This document shows, piece after piece, positions 15,438 to 25,025 of a stretch of 64,000 nt of DNA (positions within the stretch are counted from its first letter, which is position 1; each line of letters begins with the position of its first letter). The position numbers were made by a program, and so were the translations under genes. The notes below the pieces were generated by a model. The model was not told where the DNA came from. It did not search any database and saw only the letters and a program-made list of their open reading frames with translations. The stretch lies in IMG/VR virus record IMGVR_UViG_3300032280_000361. One strand, 5' to 3'. The DNA is from a virus (taxonomy: Duplodnaviria; Heunggongvirae; Uroviricota; Caudoviricetes).

Positions 15438-15653
15438 TTATCTATATAAGGTTACGAAATGCCCAAAGTGGTTATCAAACACATTTACTGCGTTTTCATA
15501 ATCACCGCTCATCATTTCTTTTCTAATTGATGCACCATCTAATCCCAATTGTTTGGCTAGATTACCTGCAGTTCCAATTAAGAAAAATACATTACCTTGT
15601 GGACCTGTTAGGTCAATTTCAATTCCTGATTTTTTAATTTTACTTTTTATCAT
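15438..15653 (-). CDS. Hypothetical phage protein
   Basis: IDLTGPQGNVF...MMSGDYE pattern; packed ORF. Confidence 0.7.
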   Translation of the reverse strand: MIKSKIKKSGIEIDLTGPQGNVFFLIGTAGNLAKQLGLDGASIRKEMMSGDYENAVNVFDNHFGHFVTLYR

Positions 15654-15671
15654 TGTTTTATATTTTAAGGT

Positions 15672-15914
15672 TTACCAACACATCATATTACCTGCATCAT
15701 CCCATTGCTTACTACTACTAGCAGTTGCTTTGTGTAAAGTAGTGTAGTCCACTTTCAAGTTCGAATTACCAAACTGGCGTTTTACCTCAGCCATAAACTC
15801 TATAATGTTCTTAGCCCAAATATCATTGAACCCACCACCTATCCAATTGAATAAGTAACGATATTGCCCTTTTGAATTCTTTAATAAAGGTTCTCTTTTA
15901 ATAGATGCTCTCAT
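15672..15914 (-). CDS. Hypothetical protein
   Basis: Co-directional ORF. Confidence 0.65.
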   Translation of the reverse strand: MRASIKREPLLKNSKGQYRYLFNWIGGGFNDIWAKNIIEFMAEVKRQFGNSNLKVDYTTLHKATASSSKQWDDAGNMMCW

Positions 15915-15941
15915 AATTTTATATTTTATATTTTATGTTTA

Positions 15942-16205
15942 TTACTTAATACCTTTTTCGATAAACTGAATTGTGGTTTGGATTCGGTCCGTAATGTGGA
16001 TAGGTAATCCCAATTGTTTAGCGGATTCCAACATCTCTGTGTAAAGGTAACCATCCCATACTCCACATAACATATTGTAAACTTCATTGAACCAAGATTC
16101 GTTTTTATCTAAGTAGAAGTTCTCTACCTCTCTGAGGGTAGCAGAGTGGAATTTCATCCATTCTCCGTTGAATAATTCGTGTCGGTTAAATCTTACAATG
16201 TTCAT
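15942..16205 (-). CDS. Hypothetical protein
   Basis: First ORF after promoter 16229-16260. Confidence 0.65.
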   Translation of the reverse strand: MNIVRFNRHELFNGEWMKFHSATLREVENFYLDKNESWFNEVYNMLCGVWDGYLYTEMLESAKQLGLPIHITDRIQTTIQFIEKGIK

Positions 16206-16228
16206 AGTGTATCTCTTTTAGTACATAG

Positions 16229-16260
16229 TAAAGGTAGTGAATCTCGTTGATATATCCAAG
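16229..16260 (-). promoter_or_regulatory. Bacteroidota-type promoter (early class)
   Basis: CTTG-N20-TACCTTTA-CTATG. Confidence 0.65.
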
Positions 16261-16314
16261 CACTTTCTCATTTATTTTTAAAAATTCTTGATTGATTATC
16301 AACGAGTTATGAAT

Positions 16315-16512
16315 TTAGTTAAATCCATTGATTAGTTTTTTGTAATCAATTCCAAATAGTGAGAGGATACACATTGTTCCTGCGATTACAGCACACCCTA
16401 ACTCATTTTCAGGCCCCGCAAATGGAAGCATTGTTGGTAGTGGTCCATAGGTGATTCCCCAAAATATCCAACCCCAAACAATAACGGAAAGAATAACTTG
16501 ATAATTTTTCAT
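16315..16512 (-). CDS. Small membrane protein
   Basis: Two TM-like segments; promoter-like element at 16535-16566. Confidence 0.65.
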   Translation of the reverse strand: MKNYQVILSVIVWGWIFWGITYGPLPTMLPFAGPENELGCAVIAGTMCILSLFGIDYKKLINGFN

Positions 16513-16588
16513 ACGTTTATTTTTTATTACATTGTAAAACTACGAAAAAAGCCTGATATAAACAAGCACTTTCTTAATTATTTTTAAT

Positions 16589-16617
16589 AAAAAAGGGAAA
16601 ACTTTCGCTCTCCCTTT
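16589..16617 (-). terminator. Intrinsic terminator
   Basis: AAAGGGAG-AGCGAAAGT-TTTCCCTTT then U tract. Confidence 0.65.
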
Positions 16618-16639
16618 ATATTCACTCACCTTAAATTTT

Positions 16640-16957
16640 TTAATCTTTTTTCAATGATTCCCTTAGATACTTTATTGATATCCCTATTCCTATAATAAAG
16701 AATAGTACTGAAACATAATGTGTATGAGCATTTAACTTTTCATCCATCAACCAAAGTGTGTTAGCGGTTAACCAACATAATATGATATAGTTTTCCAACT
16801 TCTTAACACCTGAGGTATAGTTGATGACAAGAATACTAACTAATATAGCAGGTAATGCCAATATTAAACTTAACCAACTCATACCCATCATCCAACAGAA
16901 ATCTTTTAGTACCCATAGAGGAATGTGTAGAAGTTGTAATATCTTTTTAAATCTCAT
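16640..16957 (-). CDS. Hypothetical multi-pass membrane protein
   Basis: HIPLWVLKDFCWM...WLTANTLW; 3-4 hydrophobic helices. Confidence 0.7.
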   Translation of the reverse strand: MRFKKILQLLHIPLWVLKDFCWMMGMSWLSLILALPAILVSILVINYTSGVKKLENYIILCWLTANTLWLMDEKLNAHTHYVSVLFFIIGIGISIKYLRESLKKD

Positions 16958-17754
16958 TAATTTCTCTTTTTGAATTCTCTCGCCGCCTTAACCCACTCAG
17001 CACCTATTCTATTTACAATAGGTTTTCTCATAAATGCATTAATAGAGGATTGTATATCTTCCGGTGTTTTATTTCCTGTAACCGTATTATCTACAATTCT
17101 AAAGTTTTGAGTGCCAAATAGAGTTTGGAATTTACCTAAGTTGTTTTGACAATCATTCCATATTTGCTTAACATCATCATCAGGTAACACTCTCTTTCTA
17201 TTTCTATTTCTTTCCAATGCTACAGGAAGAGATGTGTTTACAAATACCATAAAGCAATCGTATCCTAAATCTTCGGCGTGGTCTTTTTTTCTACTAATCT
17301 TTGAGAAATCATCACCTGTTCCATCTATTAATAAACCCAATCTACCTTGTTCATAGAAATTTAGCTTTTTAACCGTTATCTCTTTTGCTCTATTTCTTAG
17401 TGAATCTGGATTTGATATAACTCTACCATATAATTCAGGATTTTCTGTTTTCATCTTAGCAATTTCACCAGCATCTATACCATTTCTTTCCAATGCTACT
17501 TCAAATGCGTTATCTGAGTTTACTATCTTTAATCCTCCTGCTGAAAATGATGTAATCATTCCTTTACCAACACCAAATAACTCCGCTGCTTTATAGGATT
17601 TACCACTACCCGGTCCACCTGCCATAAATACACATTTAAGGATACCTGGGTCGTCTACACCTTCTTCAATAACAGCTTCAATAATATCCTTCTCAGTCTG
17701 CGATACTTCTAAAAATAGCTTCTTTAATTCCTTAATTTCGTTTAGTAAACTCAT
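16957..17754 (-). CDS. Zeta-toxin-like P-loop kinase
   Basis: FMAGGPGSGKS, VNSD, LLIDGTG, FVNTSL.VALERN..R.R. Confidence 0.75.
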   Translation of the reverse strand: MSLLNEIKELKKLFLEVSQTEKDIIEAVIEEGVDDPGILKCVFMAGGPGSGKSYKAAELFGVGKGMITSFSAGGLKIVNSDNAFEVALERNGIDAGEIAKMKTENPELYGRVISNPDSLRNRAKEITVKKLNFYEQGRLGLLIDGTGDDFSKISRKKDHAEDLGYDCFMVFVNTSLPVALERNRNRKRVLPDDDVKQIWNDCQNNLGKFQTLFGTQNFRIVDNTVTGNKTPEDIQSSINAFMRKPIVNRIGAEWVKAAREFKKRN

Positions 17755-17776
17755 TTGATTCCATTTTGTTATATGG

Positions 17777-17784
17777 TATAAATA
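17777..17784 (-). promoter_or_regulatory. Putative phage-specific promoter motif TATTTATA (also 46157, 49846, 50646, 51832, 59656; variant TACTTATA at 13196, 24436)
   Basis: Recurs shortly upstream of start codons in intergenic gaps lacking the host-type promoter. Confidence 0.5.
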
Positions 17785-17806
17785 TAAAAAATATATTAAA
17801 AAGGGT

Positions 17807-17989
17807 TTATTCTTCCGTTGGTATTTCTACACTTACATCCTTAATTATCTTTATTGCTTCCCTAATACCTCTTAATCTTGCCGATGCAGCCCATTTAGGT
17901 TCACCATCTTTCATTCTACGGATTCTTTGCATTAATACTGATTCACTCTTTGTTAGTACCTCTAATGGGTATTCCATCTGTAATTTCAT
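17807..17989 (-). CDS. Hypothetical protein
   Basis: Packed ORF. Confidence 0.6.
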   Translation of the reverse strand: MKLQMEYPLEVLTKSESVLMQRIRRMKDGEPKWAASARLRGIREAIKIIKDVSVEIPTEE

Positions 17990-17991
17990 AA

Positions 17992-18306
17992 TTAGTCTAT
18001 GTTTTTGTTTGAAAATCTATTTAATTCTTCTTCATCTTCTTTTGTAGGATGATATGTTGATTTGTAATATTCATCATCATAGAACATATCAGTAGGGAAT
18101 ATACTATGTGAATCTAACTTATTAGTAGTTTCAATCAACCAAATCTTTTTAATAGGTTCTCCCATTAAATCAGTTGGTCCAGCAATTACATAACTCATTC
18201 TACCTTTTGTATCTACGATTTCAAAGATAACATCGTCATCGCTAAATGTAGCAGGTTCGTCTGAGCAGATGTATTCTGTATCATCAATAATAATGTTCTT
18301 TTTCAT
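17992..18306 (-). CDS. Hypothetical protein
   Basis: Packed ORF. Confidence 0.65.
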   Translation of the reverse strand: MKKNIIIDDTEYICSDEPATFSDDDVIFEIVDTKGRMSYVIAGPTDLMGEPIKKIWLIETTNKLDSHSIFPTDMFYDDEYYKSTYHPTKEDEEELNRFSNKNID

Positions 18307-18311
18307 ATATT

Positions 18312-18485
18312 TTATTTTTTATTTTTGTTTTCTATATCATCTTTTTCATCATCCCATAATCCAAATAAATCTTCTCCTTTATAATCAGGATGATTCTCCT
18401 TCATATAATCGATTCCTCTTACCCAAAAGAAGGCAATGATTGCTGATACAAATACACTGCATCCAATTCCAATTAAGTATCCCAT
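18312..18485 (-). CDS. Small membrane protein (57 aa)
   Basis: Manual ORF MGYLIGIGCSVFVSAIIAFFWVRGIDYMKENHPDYKGEDLF... filling the gap. Confidence 0.6.
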   Translation of the reverse strand: MGYLIGIGCSVFVSAIIAFFWVRGIDYMKENHPDYKGEDLFGLWDDEKDDIENKNKK

Positions 18486-18489
18486 AGTA

Positions 18490-18816
18490 TTATTTTAAAG
18501 AGTTAATAATTTCAATCAATGTATATGATAATTTATATCCAGTAAATGCTCCTAATGTAGATGGAATTGGAAATACTATTAACTTTCCTAAATCTGTTAC
18601 ATATTTTGGTCTGTTAACTATTTTACCCATAAAGAAATAATATGTAACATATCCAATCAAAACTGCTATATCAGTTCTAGTTGCAATAAATACTACTAAG
18701 GTTGCCCCTAAAAATCCAAATGTAAAATTAACTAAAACGTTTTCCCAAACTTCATAGGGGCTTGCATCTTTGTATTCTTTTATTATCTTTTGTATTTTTG
18801 CACTTTGCCTTTTCAT
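18490..18816 (-). CDS. Hypothetical membrane protein
   Basis: Three hydrophobic segments. Confidence 0.65.
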   Translation of the reverse strand: MKRQSAKIQKIIKEYKDASPYEVWENVLVNFTFGFLGATLVVFIATRTDIAVLIGYVTYYFFMGKIVNRPKYVTDLGKLIVFPIPSTLGAFTGYKLSYTLIEIINSLK

Positions 18817-18817
18817 A

Positions 18818-19315
18818 TTATGGTGTTACATTATTTAATATTCTCCCAGCTCCTTTATAATTTTTATTATACCTCGGGTCTTCCAAACTACTAACCTTTA
18901 CACCTTCATATCTGTTTGCCGCATGAACAAATAGAGTTTCACCTAAATAAACTGCACAATGCCAGCCGGATGGTGATGCTTTACTTCTAAAAAATATCAA
19001 ATCACCAATTACCAAATCAGCAATTTTTATTCGATGTGTTTGATTCCATTGTTTATAACACACATTTTCTAAATTAAGACCATATACATCTTTATATAAT
19101 CTTTTATTAAACTGAGAACAATCTATACCACTTTCAGTAGTTCCTCCTAATTTATAGGGCTTACCAATCCACTTTACAACAAACTGATTTAATGATGTAT
19201 CTGTTGTAAATGTAATTACCGAATCTTGTTTTACTTGTCCAATTGATACCTTAGCTACTAAGATAATCATTAATATTAATATTACTCGTTTCATTTTACT
19301 TTTTAATCCCACCAA
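18818..19315 (-). CDS. NlpC/P60 family peptidoglycan peptidase
   Basis: GKPYKLGG..GIDCS, GDLIFF, HCAVYLG..FVHA; signal peptide. Confidence 0.9.
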   Translation of the reverse strand: MVGLKSKMKRVILILMIILVAKVSIGQVKQDSVITFTTDTSLNQFVVKWIGKPYKLGGTTESGIDCSQFNKRLYKDVYGLNLENVCYKQWNQTHRIKIADLVIGDLIFFRSKASPSGWHCAVYLGETLFVHAANRYEGVKVSSLEDPRYNKNYKGAGRILNNVTP

Positions 19316-19881
19316 CCTCTCATATCAGTTCCATCAAATGTATCTCCCCATATCTTAGAATACTTCGTTCCTTTTAAAATATTCCATAGTTCAATCCATT
19401 CTTTATCCTCTAACTTATGTGCCTCTTTGAATATCATTCGATTATGTTTTCTTTCAGCAGGGGTATCATTATCTATCAATCTATGATTACCATTTTCTAA
19501 TTCTTCAAACTCCCAATCATGCAAAATTAACTCACCTAATTTAGCTTCAATTCTATCACTATAATCATCGTCCAATTTATGCTTAAGTAATTCTAATGCT
19601 CTCTTAATCTTTTGAACTTTCTTACCCCTACTACTATCTTCCTCAATACCATCCTTTTCTAACTTAACAACCATAATAGATAAGGAACGATATAACATCT
19701 CTAATGTATATCGATAATCCCACCACTCATGATGTGCCAATTCTTTTCTGAATCTCCATATGTTTTTAAAGAAGCGAGGTATAGTTCTTTTGATGAAATC
19801 CCATACCTTCCATAACTTAGTATCATACCAAGCTAATCTCTCTAAACTTTCAAAAAATGATTCTGATGCTTCTACTTTCAT
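19303..19881 (-). CDS. Hypothetical phage protein
   Basis: WWDY...RGWWD ending; packed ORF. Confidence 0.7.
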   Translation of the reverse strand: MKVEASESFFESLERLAWYDTKLWKVWDFIKRTIPRFFKNIWRFRKELAHHEWWDYRYTLEMLYRSLSIMVVKLEKDGIEEDSSRGKKVQKIKRALELLKHKLDDDYSDRIEAKLGELILHDWEFEELENGNHRLIDNDTPAERKHNRMIFKEAHKLEDKEWIELWNILKGTKYSKIWGDTFDGTDMRGWWD

Positions 19882-20039
19882 TATTTCTTTTTAAATAAGT
19901 CTTTTAATTTCTTTTCAGGTTTGATAGTAGTGTAAGTACCATCTTCGTTCTCTCTCATTAATGGTGCTCTCCATGCTTCATAGAAAATCCAAATCCAAAA
20001 TATAATAGAGATTAATATCAATGCCGTTGTACCACTCAT
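19881..20039 (-). CDS. Small membrane protein (52 aa)
   Basis: Manual ORF MSGTTALILISIIFWIWIFYEAWRAP... filling the gap. Confidence 0.55.
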   Translation of the reverse strand: MSGTTALILISIIFWIWIFYEAWRAPLMRENEDGTYTTIKPEKKLKDLFKKK

Positions 20040-20048
20040 AATTATATT

Positions 20049-20747
20049 TTAATCTACATCAAATGGATTATGTTCAATTGGCCAAAAATCCTCATCATCA
20101 ATTACCACACCGCTTTCCACATATTTGTATCTATCTAATTCAGAATCCCATTGTACTTCCAATCCTTCTTCATCTTGTAATATAACTTCACCATCTTGCC
20201 ATTCTACCATACCATCAACTCCGTCTGCTCTACCACAGAATCCCATGCCTTCCTCCTGAAATGTCATTTTAAATACCAATTCAGGAAATTGAGCCGATAC
20301 ATTTTCTAACCATCCAATTGGTGGAGCCCATGCGGTTTGGAAATGAATTGTCATCTCATCATCTTCTAAATCCCAATCACTTTCACACGCATCCCATTTA
20401 GTTCCCCAATTAGATACTCTCCAATTATACCAACCACTAGCCCCATATCTTTCCAATAACACTTCCATTCTAATTCTATATGTTTCATCATCCTCTCCTT
20501 CTTTTTGTGGGATGGGGTCAACATCTGCTACCAATTCCAATGGAGTAGGAAATAGCTTTTCAAATGTAAACTTTTCTCTGATTACTTCTTTCATAACAGG
20601 TTCTCCGGTTTCATCTAACACTGCATTGTAGCTTTCATCTCTTACAATTTCAGTATCTTTTACTTCTGCGATTACCCATCCTTTAAATTCGTTTACTTTA
20701 TCTGAATCTCCCGAAACATATAAAGAATTACTGCACCAATTTGGCAT
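20049..20747 (-). CDS. DUF1281-like phage protein
   Basis: MPNWCSN, WYNWRVSNWGTKWD, FQTAWAPP, EEGMGFCG. Confidence 0.75.
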   Translation of the reverse strand: MPNWCSNSLYVSGDSDKVNEFKGWVIAEVKDTEIVRDESYNAVLDETGEPVMKEVIREKFTFEKLFPTPLELVADVDPIPQKEGEDDETYRIRMEVLLERYGASGWYNWRVSNWGTKWDACESDWDLEDDEMTIHFQTAWAPPIGWLENVSAQFPELVFKMTFQEEGMGFCGRADGVDGMVEWQDGEVILQDEEGLEVQWDSELDRYKYVESGVVIDDEDFWPIEHNPFDVD

Positions 20748-20750
20748 TTA

Positions 20751-21275
20751 TTATCTGTTTAGTTTATTAATACATTCTTCAATCTTATCTCTTAATCTTC
20801 CACCAACGCCGTGGTCTCCATCAACTTGCACATGCCTCCACATTGGTAATTTTGGTGTCAACCATTTATATTGTTGGTCTAATCTCATATCATCAATTGA
20901 AATCCAATTACTGATTTTGTTATCTTTAGCCCATTTAGCAATTTGTAATGCCCTCTCATGCTCTAAAGATGTTCTACTCATCTTATTCCACAAATTTTGA
21001 TGTGTAGTTATATCCAAAATAGGAGCAGTGATTCCATAGTAACGAAAGATACGTTTTAGTTGAAGAAATGAAAAGTGTATTTTCCAATCTGAACTAACTA
21101 CCAAAGATGCATTTGTTTCTCTACAAATCTTTTCTAATGCTTGACAATCTTCTTGCACCCAAGAGTATGGTATAGTGAAGGTTTTACTACTATCATCCAA
21201 AGTAACTTTACCATCTCCCCATGTACCCCAAGCTAATGGCCCATCAACATCAATAAAGATTATCTTCCTTCTCAT
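20751..21275 (-). CDS. HAD-family phosphatase (RNA-repair-associated type)
   Basis: FIDVDGPL, VVSSDWK, R..QI..W, ISIDD. Confidence 0.8.
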   Translation of the reverse strand: MRRKIIFIDVDGPLAWGTWGDGKVTLDDSSKTFTIPYSWVQEDCQALEKICRETNASLVVSSDWKIHFSFLQLKRIFRYYGITAPILDITTHQNLWNKMSRTSLEHERALQIAKWAKDNKISNWISIDDMRLDQQYKWLTPKLPMWRHVQVDGDHGVGGRLRDKIEECINKLNR

Positions 21276-21279
21276 AAGT

Positions 21280-21311
21280 TAAATATACGAAAATTAATCC
21301 GTATTACCAAA
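21280..21311 (-). promoter_or_regulatory. Bacteroidota-type promoter
   Basis: TTTG-N20-TATATTTA. Confidence 0.6.
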
Positions 21312-21573
21312 ATTTATTGTTGTTTTTTCCTTTACCTAATTTACCTTCTTTAGCCAATTCAATTGTAGATTTACTTCGTTCTAATTTAGCTTCGGTTTGT
21401 TGCTTTTTCATAGCCTTTTCGTAATGAGGTGGGTATTTATGTTCAACCGAAATTGGTCCATTTGGAAACTTATCTAAATCATATTTCCAAACCGATTCAA
21501 CTCCATCATCATCTTTATAGATATGTTGGAATTTTCTAGGTTTATCTTTTACGTTAGGTTCTATTCTAGCCAT
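21304..21573 (-). CDS. Hypothetical protein
   Basis: ORF behind promoter 21595-21626. Confidence 0.65.
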   Translation of the reverse strand: MARIEPNVKDKPRKFQHIYKDDDGVESVWKYDLDKFPNGPISVEHKYPPHYEKAMKKQQTEAKLERSKSTIELAKEGKLGKGKNNNKFW

Positions 21574-21594
21574 ATTAATAGTAAATTAATTTAC

Positions 21595-21626
21595 CAAATA
21601 TACGAAAAATGTAGGATATATCCAAA
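21595..21626 (-). promoter_or_regulatory. Bacteroidota-type promoter
   Basis: TTTG-N20-TATATTTG. Confidence 0.7.
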
Positions 21627-21637
21627 TTTATTTAAAA

Positions 21638-22492
21638 CTAATTGTTAATCAATAGATTATGTAAGTATTGAGCATATTTTAGATTACCCTCATATCCTAA
21701 ATGGTCATCATCTACTGAAATCTCATCTTTTATTCTCCATCCATTTTCTCCTGCTAATGACCATATAGTTTGGGATTCTATTACATTTGGGTTAGAGTTA
21801 TCAAATATATTAAGCTTCTCAAAGAAATCGGTATCATTTCTAGCATCAAACATAAATGAACCTGCAAAAAATCCTTCAGTTGTATCTCTGATATATCGTA
21901 TGTTTCTTTTATCTAAATAACAATAAAAAAATGTTAATTCTCTTAAGAGTCTTTGTGCTTCTTTTTCATAATCATGATATTCTTTTACAAAATCACAAAG
22001 TATTTGATTATGTTTCTTTAATTCATCAAATTCTAAGTGTATCTCAGAATTCATATAATCTCTACTGAAAGATAATACAGAATCAATCTGACCATCTTTA
22101 GTTGTTATTGTTATTGAGTGTGGGTCTGTTAATGAATCTCTATATGATACAGAAACTACAAACCAATCTTTATAGCGTTTGGAATATACTTCAAATCTAG
22201 CAGGTTGAATTGGTATATCAAATAAAAACAAAGTAGAATCTAATTCTAATCTATTTTTTGAATTAATATATTCATATGTTTTTCGGATTATTCTATCTAA
22301 TCCCCCTCCTTGTTTGGATTCATTAATTACGTCTGCACCTAATATATTAGCTAATTGATTACCATATGATACATCTTTGGAATCATACCAATTTTCAATT
22401 CCTTTTTGTGTATAGATAGAAAAAGCCTGAGTATGGGGTTCTAATCCGCCACCACAACTCAGGCTACTTCCATTAACATATATCTGTTTCAT
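21638..22492 (-). CDS. SGNH/GDSL-like hydrolase or acyltransferase
   Basis: N-terminal GSSLSCG, NESKQGG, C-terminal DDHLG.EG...YA. Confidence 0.65.
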   Translation of the reverse strand: MKQIYVNGSSLSCGGGLEPHTQAFSIYTQKGIENWYDSKDVSYGNQLANILGADVINESKQGGGLDRIIRKTYEYINSKNRLELDSTLFLFDIPIQPARFEVYSKRYKDWFVVSVSYRDSLTDPHSITITTKDGQIDSVLSFSRDYMNSEIHLEFDELKKHNQILCDFVKEYHDYEKEAQRLLRELTFFYCYLDKRNIRYIRDTTEGFFAGSFMFDARNDTDFFEKLNIFDNSNPNVIESQTIWSLAGENGWRIKDEISVDDDHLGYEGNLKYAQYLHNLLINN

Positions 22493-22815
22493 TACACTGC
22501 AAATGATTCACCACATCCACAACTCCTACTAGCATTGGGGTTGTTAAATGCAAATCCCTTTCCGTTTAATCCATCGGAAAAATCTAATTCAGTTCCATAT
22601 AAATAAAGAAGTGATTTACCATCAACTAATACCTTTACATCTTTATCTTCGAACATCATATCACTTCCTTTAATATCAGTATCGAAAGATAAATCATACG
22701 CCAATCCACTACACCCTCCACCCTTAACTGCTACTCTAACATAAGGTGTTGTGAATCCACTTTCTTCAATTAGGGATTTAACTTTCTTAGCCGCATTTTC
22801 TGTAACTGTAATCAT
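22492..22815 (-). CDS. iscA: A-type Fe-S carrier, IscA/HesB family
   Basis: GGGCSGL.Y, F.NPNA..SCGCGESF. Confidence 0.93.
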   Translation of the reverse strand: MITVTENAAKKVKSLIEESGFTTPYVRVAVKGGGCSGLAYDLSFDTDIKGSDMMFEDKDVKVLVDGKSLLYLYGTELDFSDGLNGKGFAFNNPNASRSCGCGESFAV

Positions 22816-23460
22816 CTATTTAAATTTAAATCCTGTTAATTTTTCAACATCAGCTAACTCAACTCTGTTATTGTTAATACCATCTGGTTTAGATAAATCA
22901 TTTTCAAATAAAAATGCAAACCATTCTTTATTCCTAACTACATAAAACACCTTCCAACATTGTTTAGGTACTGAAACCTTACCTATTTTTTTAATTTCAC
23001 CAATATTACCGGCCCATATATGAACGGAATCACTTATCGTTGCAACATCTCTTGTTAGGGTTTCTAAGGATTTCCAATCTCCCGCATTTAATCTATGATA
23101 TTGTGCTACCATATTTGAATAATAGAAAGATTCATCTTGTACTGATTGAGTTTGGCATTGATTACTCTTTGCCGGCATTAGATGCCCTCTATCAAATCCA
23201 CTGCCTACATAATCCGAACCAATATTTGTTTCATTTGGTAACAATGGGTCTGGTTTGAAGTTATCCTTTCTTGCCAATGGTTTTACACAGGCCACTTTAG
23301 CCTTTGTTTCCCACCATTCTACCATTACAGGATACTTCTTTGATTTACTAAAATGTGATGTGTAGTTTATATGTTTTAATACAACTATATCTTGTGCATG
23401 CCCTCCAATTGCAAAGAATAATCCCATTATAAATAGGATTACTAATAATACTTTTTTCAT
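22816..23460 (-). CDS. DNA/RNA non-specific endonuclease, secreted
   Basis: DRGHL.PA, SF.YSN...Q...LN.G.W..LE; signal peptide. Confidence 0.9.
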   Translation of the reverse strand: MKKVLLVILFIMGLFFAIGGHAQDIVVLKHINYTSHFSKSKKYPVMVEWWETKAKVACVKPLARKDNFKPDPLLPNETNIGSDYVGSGFDRGHLMPAKSNQCQTQSVQDESFYYSNMVAQYHRLNAGDWKSLETLTRDVATISDSVHIWAGNIGEIKKIGKVSVPKQCWKVFYVVRNKEWFAFLFENDLSKPDGINNNRVELADVEKLTGFKFK

Positions 23461-23470
23461 TTAATTTATT

Positions 23471-24004
23471 TTATATAAGTTTAGGTAACTCACTCAATGC
23501 TTCGGCAAACTTAATCTGAGAGTCTTTGAAGAATACTATTACAACGTTTCTACATCCTTCCGTTATCTCAGTAACCTCATGCTTAAGCATCGATTCTATT
23601 ACATAACAATTTCCAATTTTACTTTCAAATACCTTACGTTTATCAGATGATACATCTACTATAAATTCTCCTCCAGTAAAACCATCATTTAATAATAAAC
23701 CGGCTGTATATACCCTATTATATACATTGTCATCATGCCTTCCAAACTTATCACCTACTTTATATGATTGGAAGTAAACCTCATCTAAAAGGGTATTATT
23801 ATCCCAATCTATATTACAGGTTACTTCATCTTCAATCCATTTAATAATTCTATCTAATATCCATCTATTATCAGTTTTATCAATTCGAATAGATGAGTAT
23901 GAACATCCTTTATTAGTAAAATCACGTGTAAAAGGTAAATGTTGATTGATTATAGAATCACATTCATCTTTAGTGAATAAAACTTTTTCTTTGAATAATC
24001 TCAT
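23471..24004 (-). CDS. 2OG-Fe(II) oxygenase
   Basis: Y..GD.F..HDD, GGEF, HEVTEITEG.R. Confidence 0.8.
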   Translation of the reverse strand: MRLFKEKVLFTKDECDSIINQHLPFTRDFTNKGCSYSSIRIDKTDNRWILDRIIKWIEDEVTCNIDWDNNTLLDEVYFQSYKVGDKFGRHDDNVYNRVYTAGLLLNDGFTGGEFIVDVSSDKRKVFESKIGNCYVIESMLKHEVTEITEGCRNVVIVFFKDSQIKFAEALSELPKLI

Positions 24005-24007
24005 GCA

Positions 24008-24418
24008 TTAGTGAATGGATTCCTCAAATATTAATTTATCCATTCCATTTTTCTGTCTGTAATCATTAATCGCAGATTTTATAGCATCTTCTGCTAATAC
24101 ACTACAATGAATTTTTACAGGAGGAAGTGATAACTCTTCTACCAATTCCATATTATCCATTTTAACTGCTTCTTCCAATGTCATACCCTTTAACCATTCT
24201 GTAGCTAAGGATGATGCTGCAATCGCACTTCCACACCCAAATGTTTTGAACTTAGCATCCGTTATGATATTATCATTCACTTCGATTTGCAATCTCATAA
24301 CATCTCCACACTCTGGTGCTCCTACCAACCCTGTTCCTACATTTGATTTAGATTTATCCAATGTACCTACATTCTTTGGGTTTTGATAATGGTCAATTAC
24401 CTTTTCTGAATATGCCAT
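24008..24418 (-). CDS. iscU: Fe-S cluster scaffold IscU
   Basis: YSEKVIDHY.NP.NVG, GAPECGD, FGCGSAIA, LPPVKIHCS. Confidence 0.96.
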   Translation of the reverse strand: MAYSEKVIDHYQNPKNVGTLDKSKSNVGTGLVGAPECGDVMRLQIEVNDNIITDAKFKTFGCGSAIAASSLATEWLKGMTLEEAVKMDNMELVEELSLPPVKIHCSVLAEDAIKSAINDYRQKNGMDKLIFEESIH

Positions 24419-24446
24419 ATACTATTTTGTTTTTATATAAGTATTA

Positions 24447-24686
24447 CTACTTCTGTTTCTTTCGTTTCAATTTCTTTTCTTCGATAGAGAGTTCTGATGT
24501 TACATCTGTAGAAACAACGGTATCATTCTTTACCACTGCTCTCTTCAATGTTCCTTTCCACTCACTCTTAGGGATAAATTTCCAATACCCACCCTTTACT
24601 TTCTCATCCGCATCAATATCTGATATTCTACGGATTTCATCGATTTCGTAACCTTTGGCTACTTTGATACATTTAATACACTTCAT
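24447..24686 (-). CDS. Hypothetical protein
   Basis: Co-directional ORF. Confidence 0.6.
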   Translation of the reverse strand: MKCIKCIKVAKGYEIDEIRRISDIDADEKVKGGYWKFIPKSEWKGTLKRAVVKNDTVVSTDVTSELSIEEKKLKRKKQK

Positions 24687-24716
24687 AGTTAATCTCCATG
24701 TTTATTGTTAATAAAA

Positions 24717-25022
24717 TTATTTACTTTTCCAAAATTGATACCATTTCTTCGGTTGTACGTCTGGCTTAGCAAATGGTTGAGTGTTATCCCAAATGTTTAC
24801 TATTCCTCCATATCTCACACTCATCATTTGACAAAATAATTGATGGTATTTAGGTGGTATCCTATCAAAATCTGCTAATATTTTTACATCTAATGTAGTT
24901 GATTCACCATCACCTGTCATTAACTTTAAATGGTCATGCATCTCTACAATGGTTGAACTCTTTACCGTTAAATGACTACCATCTCCAATGTGAAATATAT
25001 CGTCTATTTTTATCTGACTCAT
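24717..25022 (-). CDS. Hypothetical protein
   Basis: Ends KKWYQFWK, a common phage C-terminal motif. Confidence 0.65.
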   Translation of the reverse strand: MSQIKIDDIFHIGDGSHLTVKSSTIVEMHDHLKLMTGDGESTTLDVKILADFDRIPPKYHQLFCQMMSVRYGGIVNIWDNTQPFAKPDVQPKKWYQFWKSK

Positions 25023-25025
25023 AAC

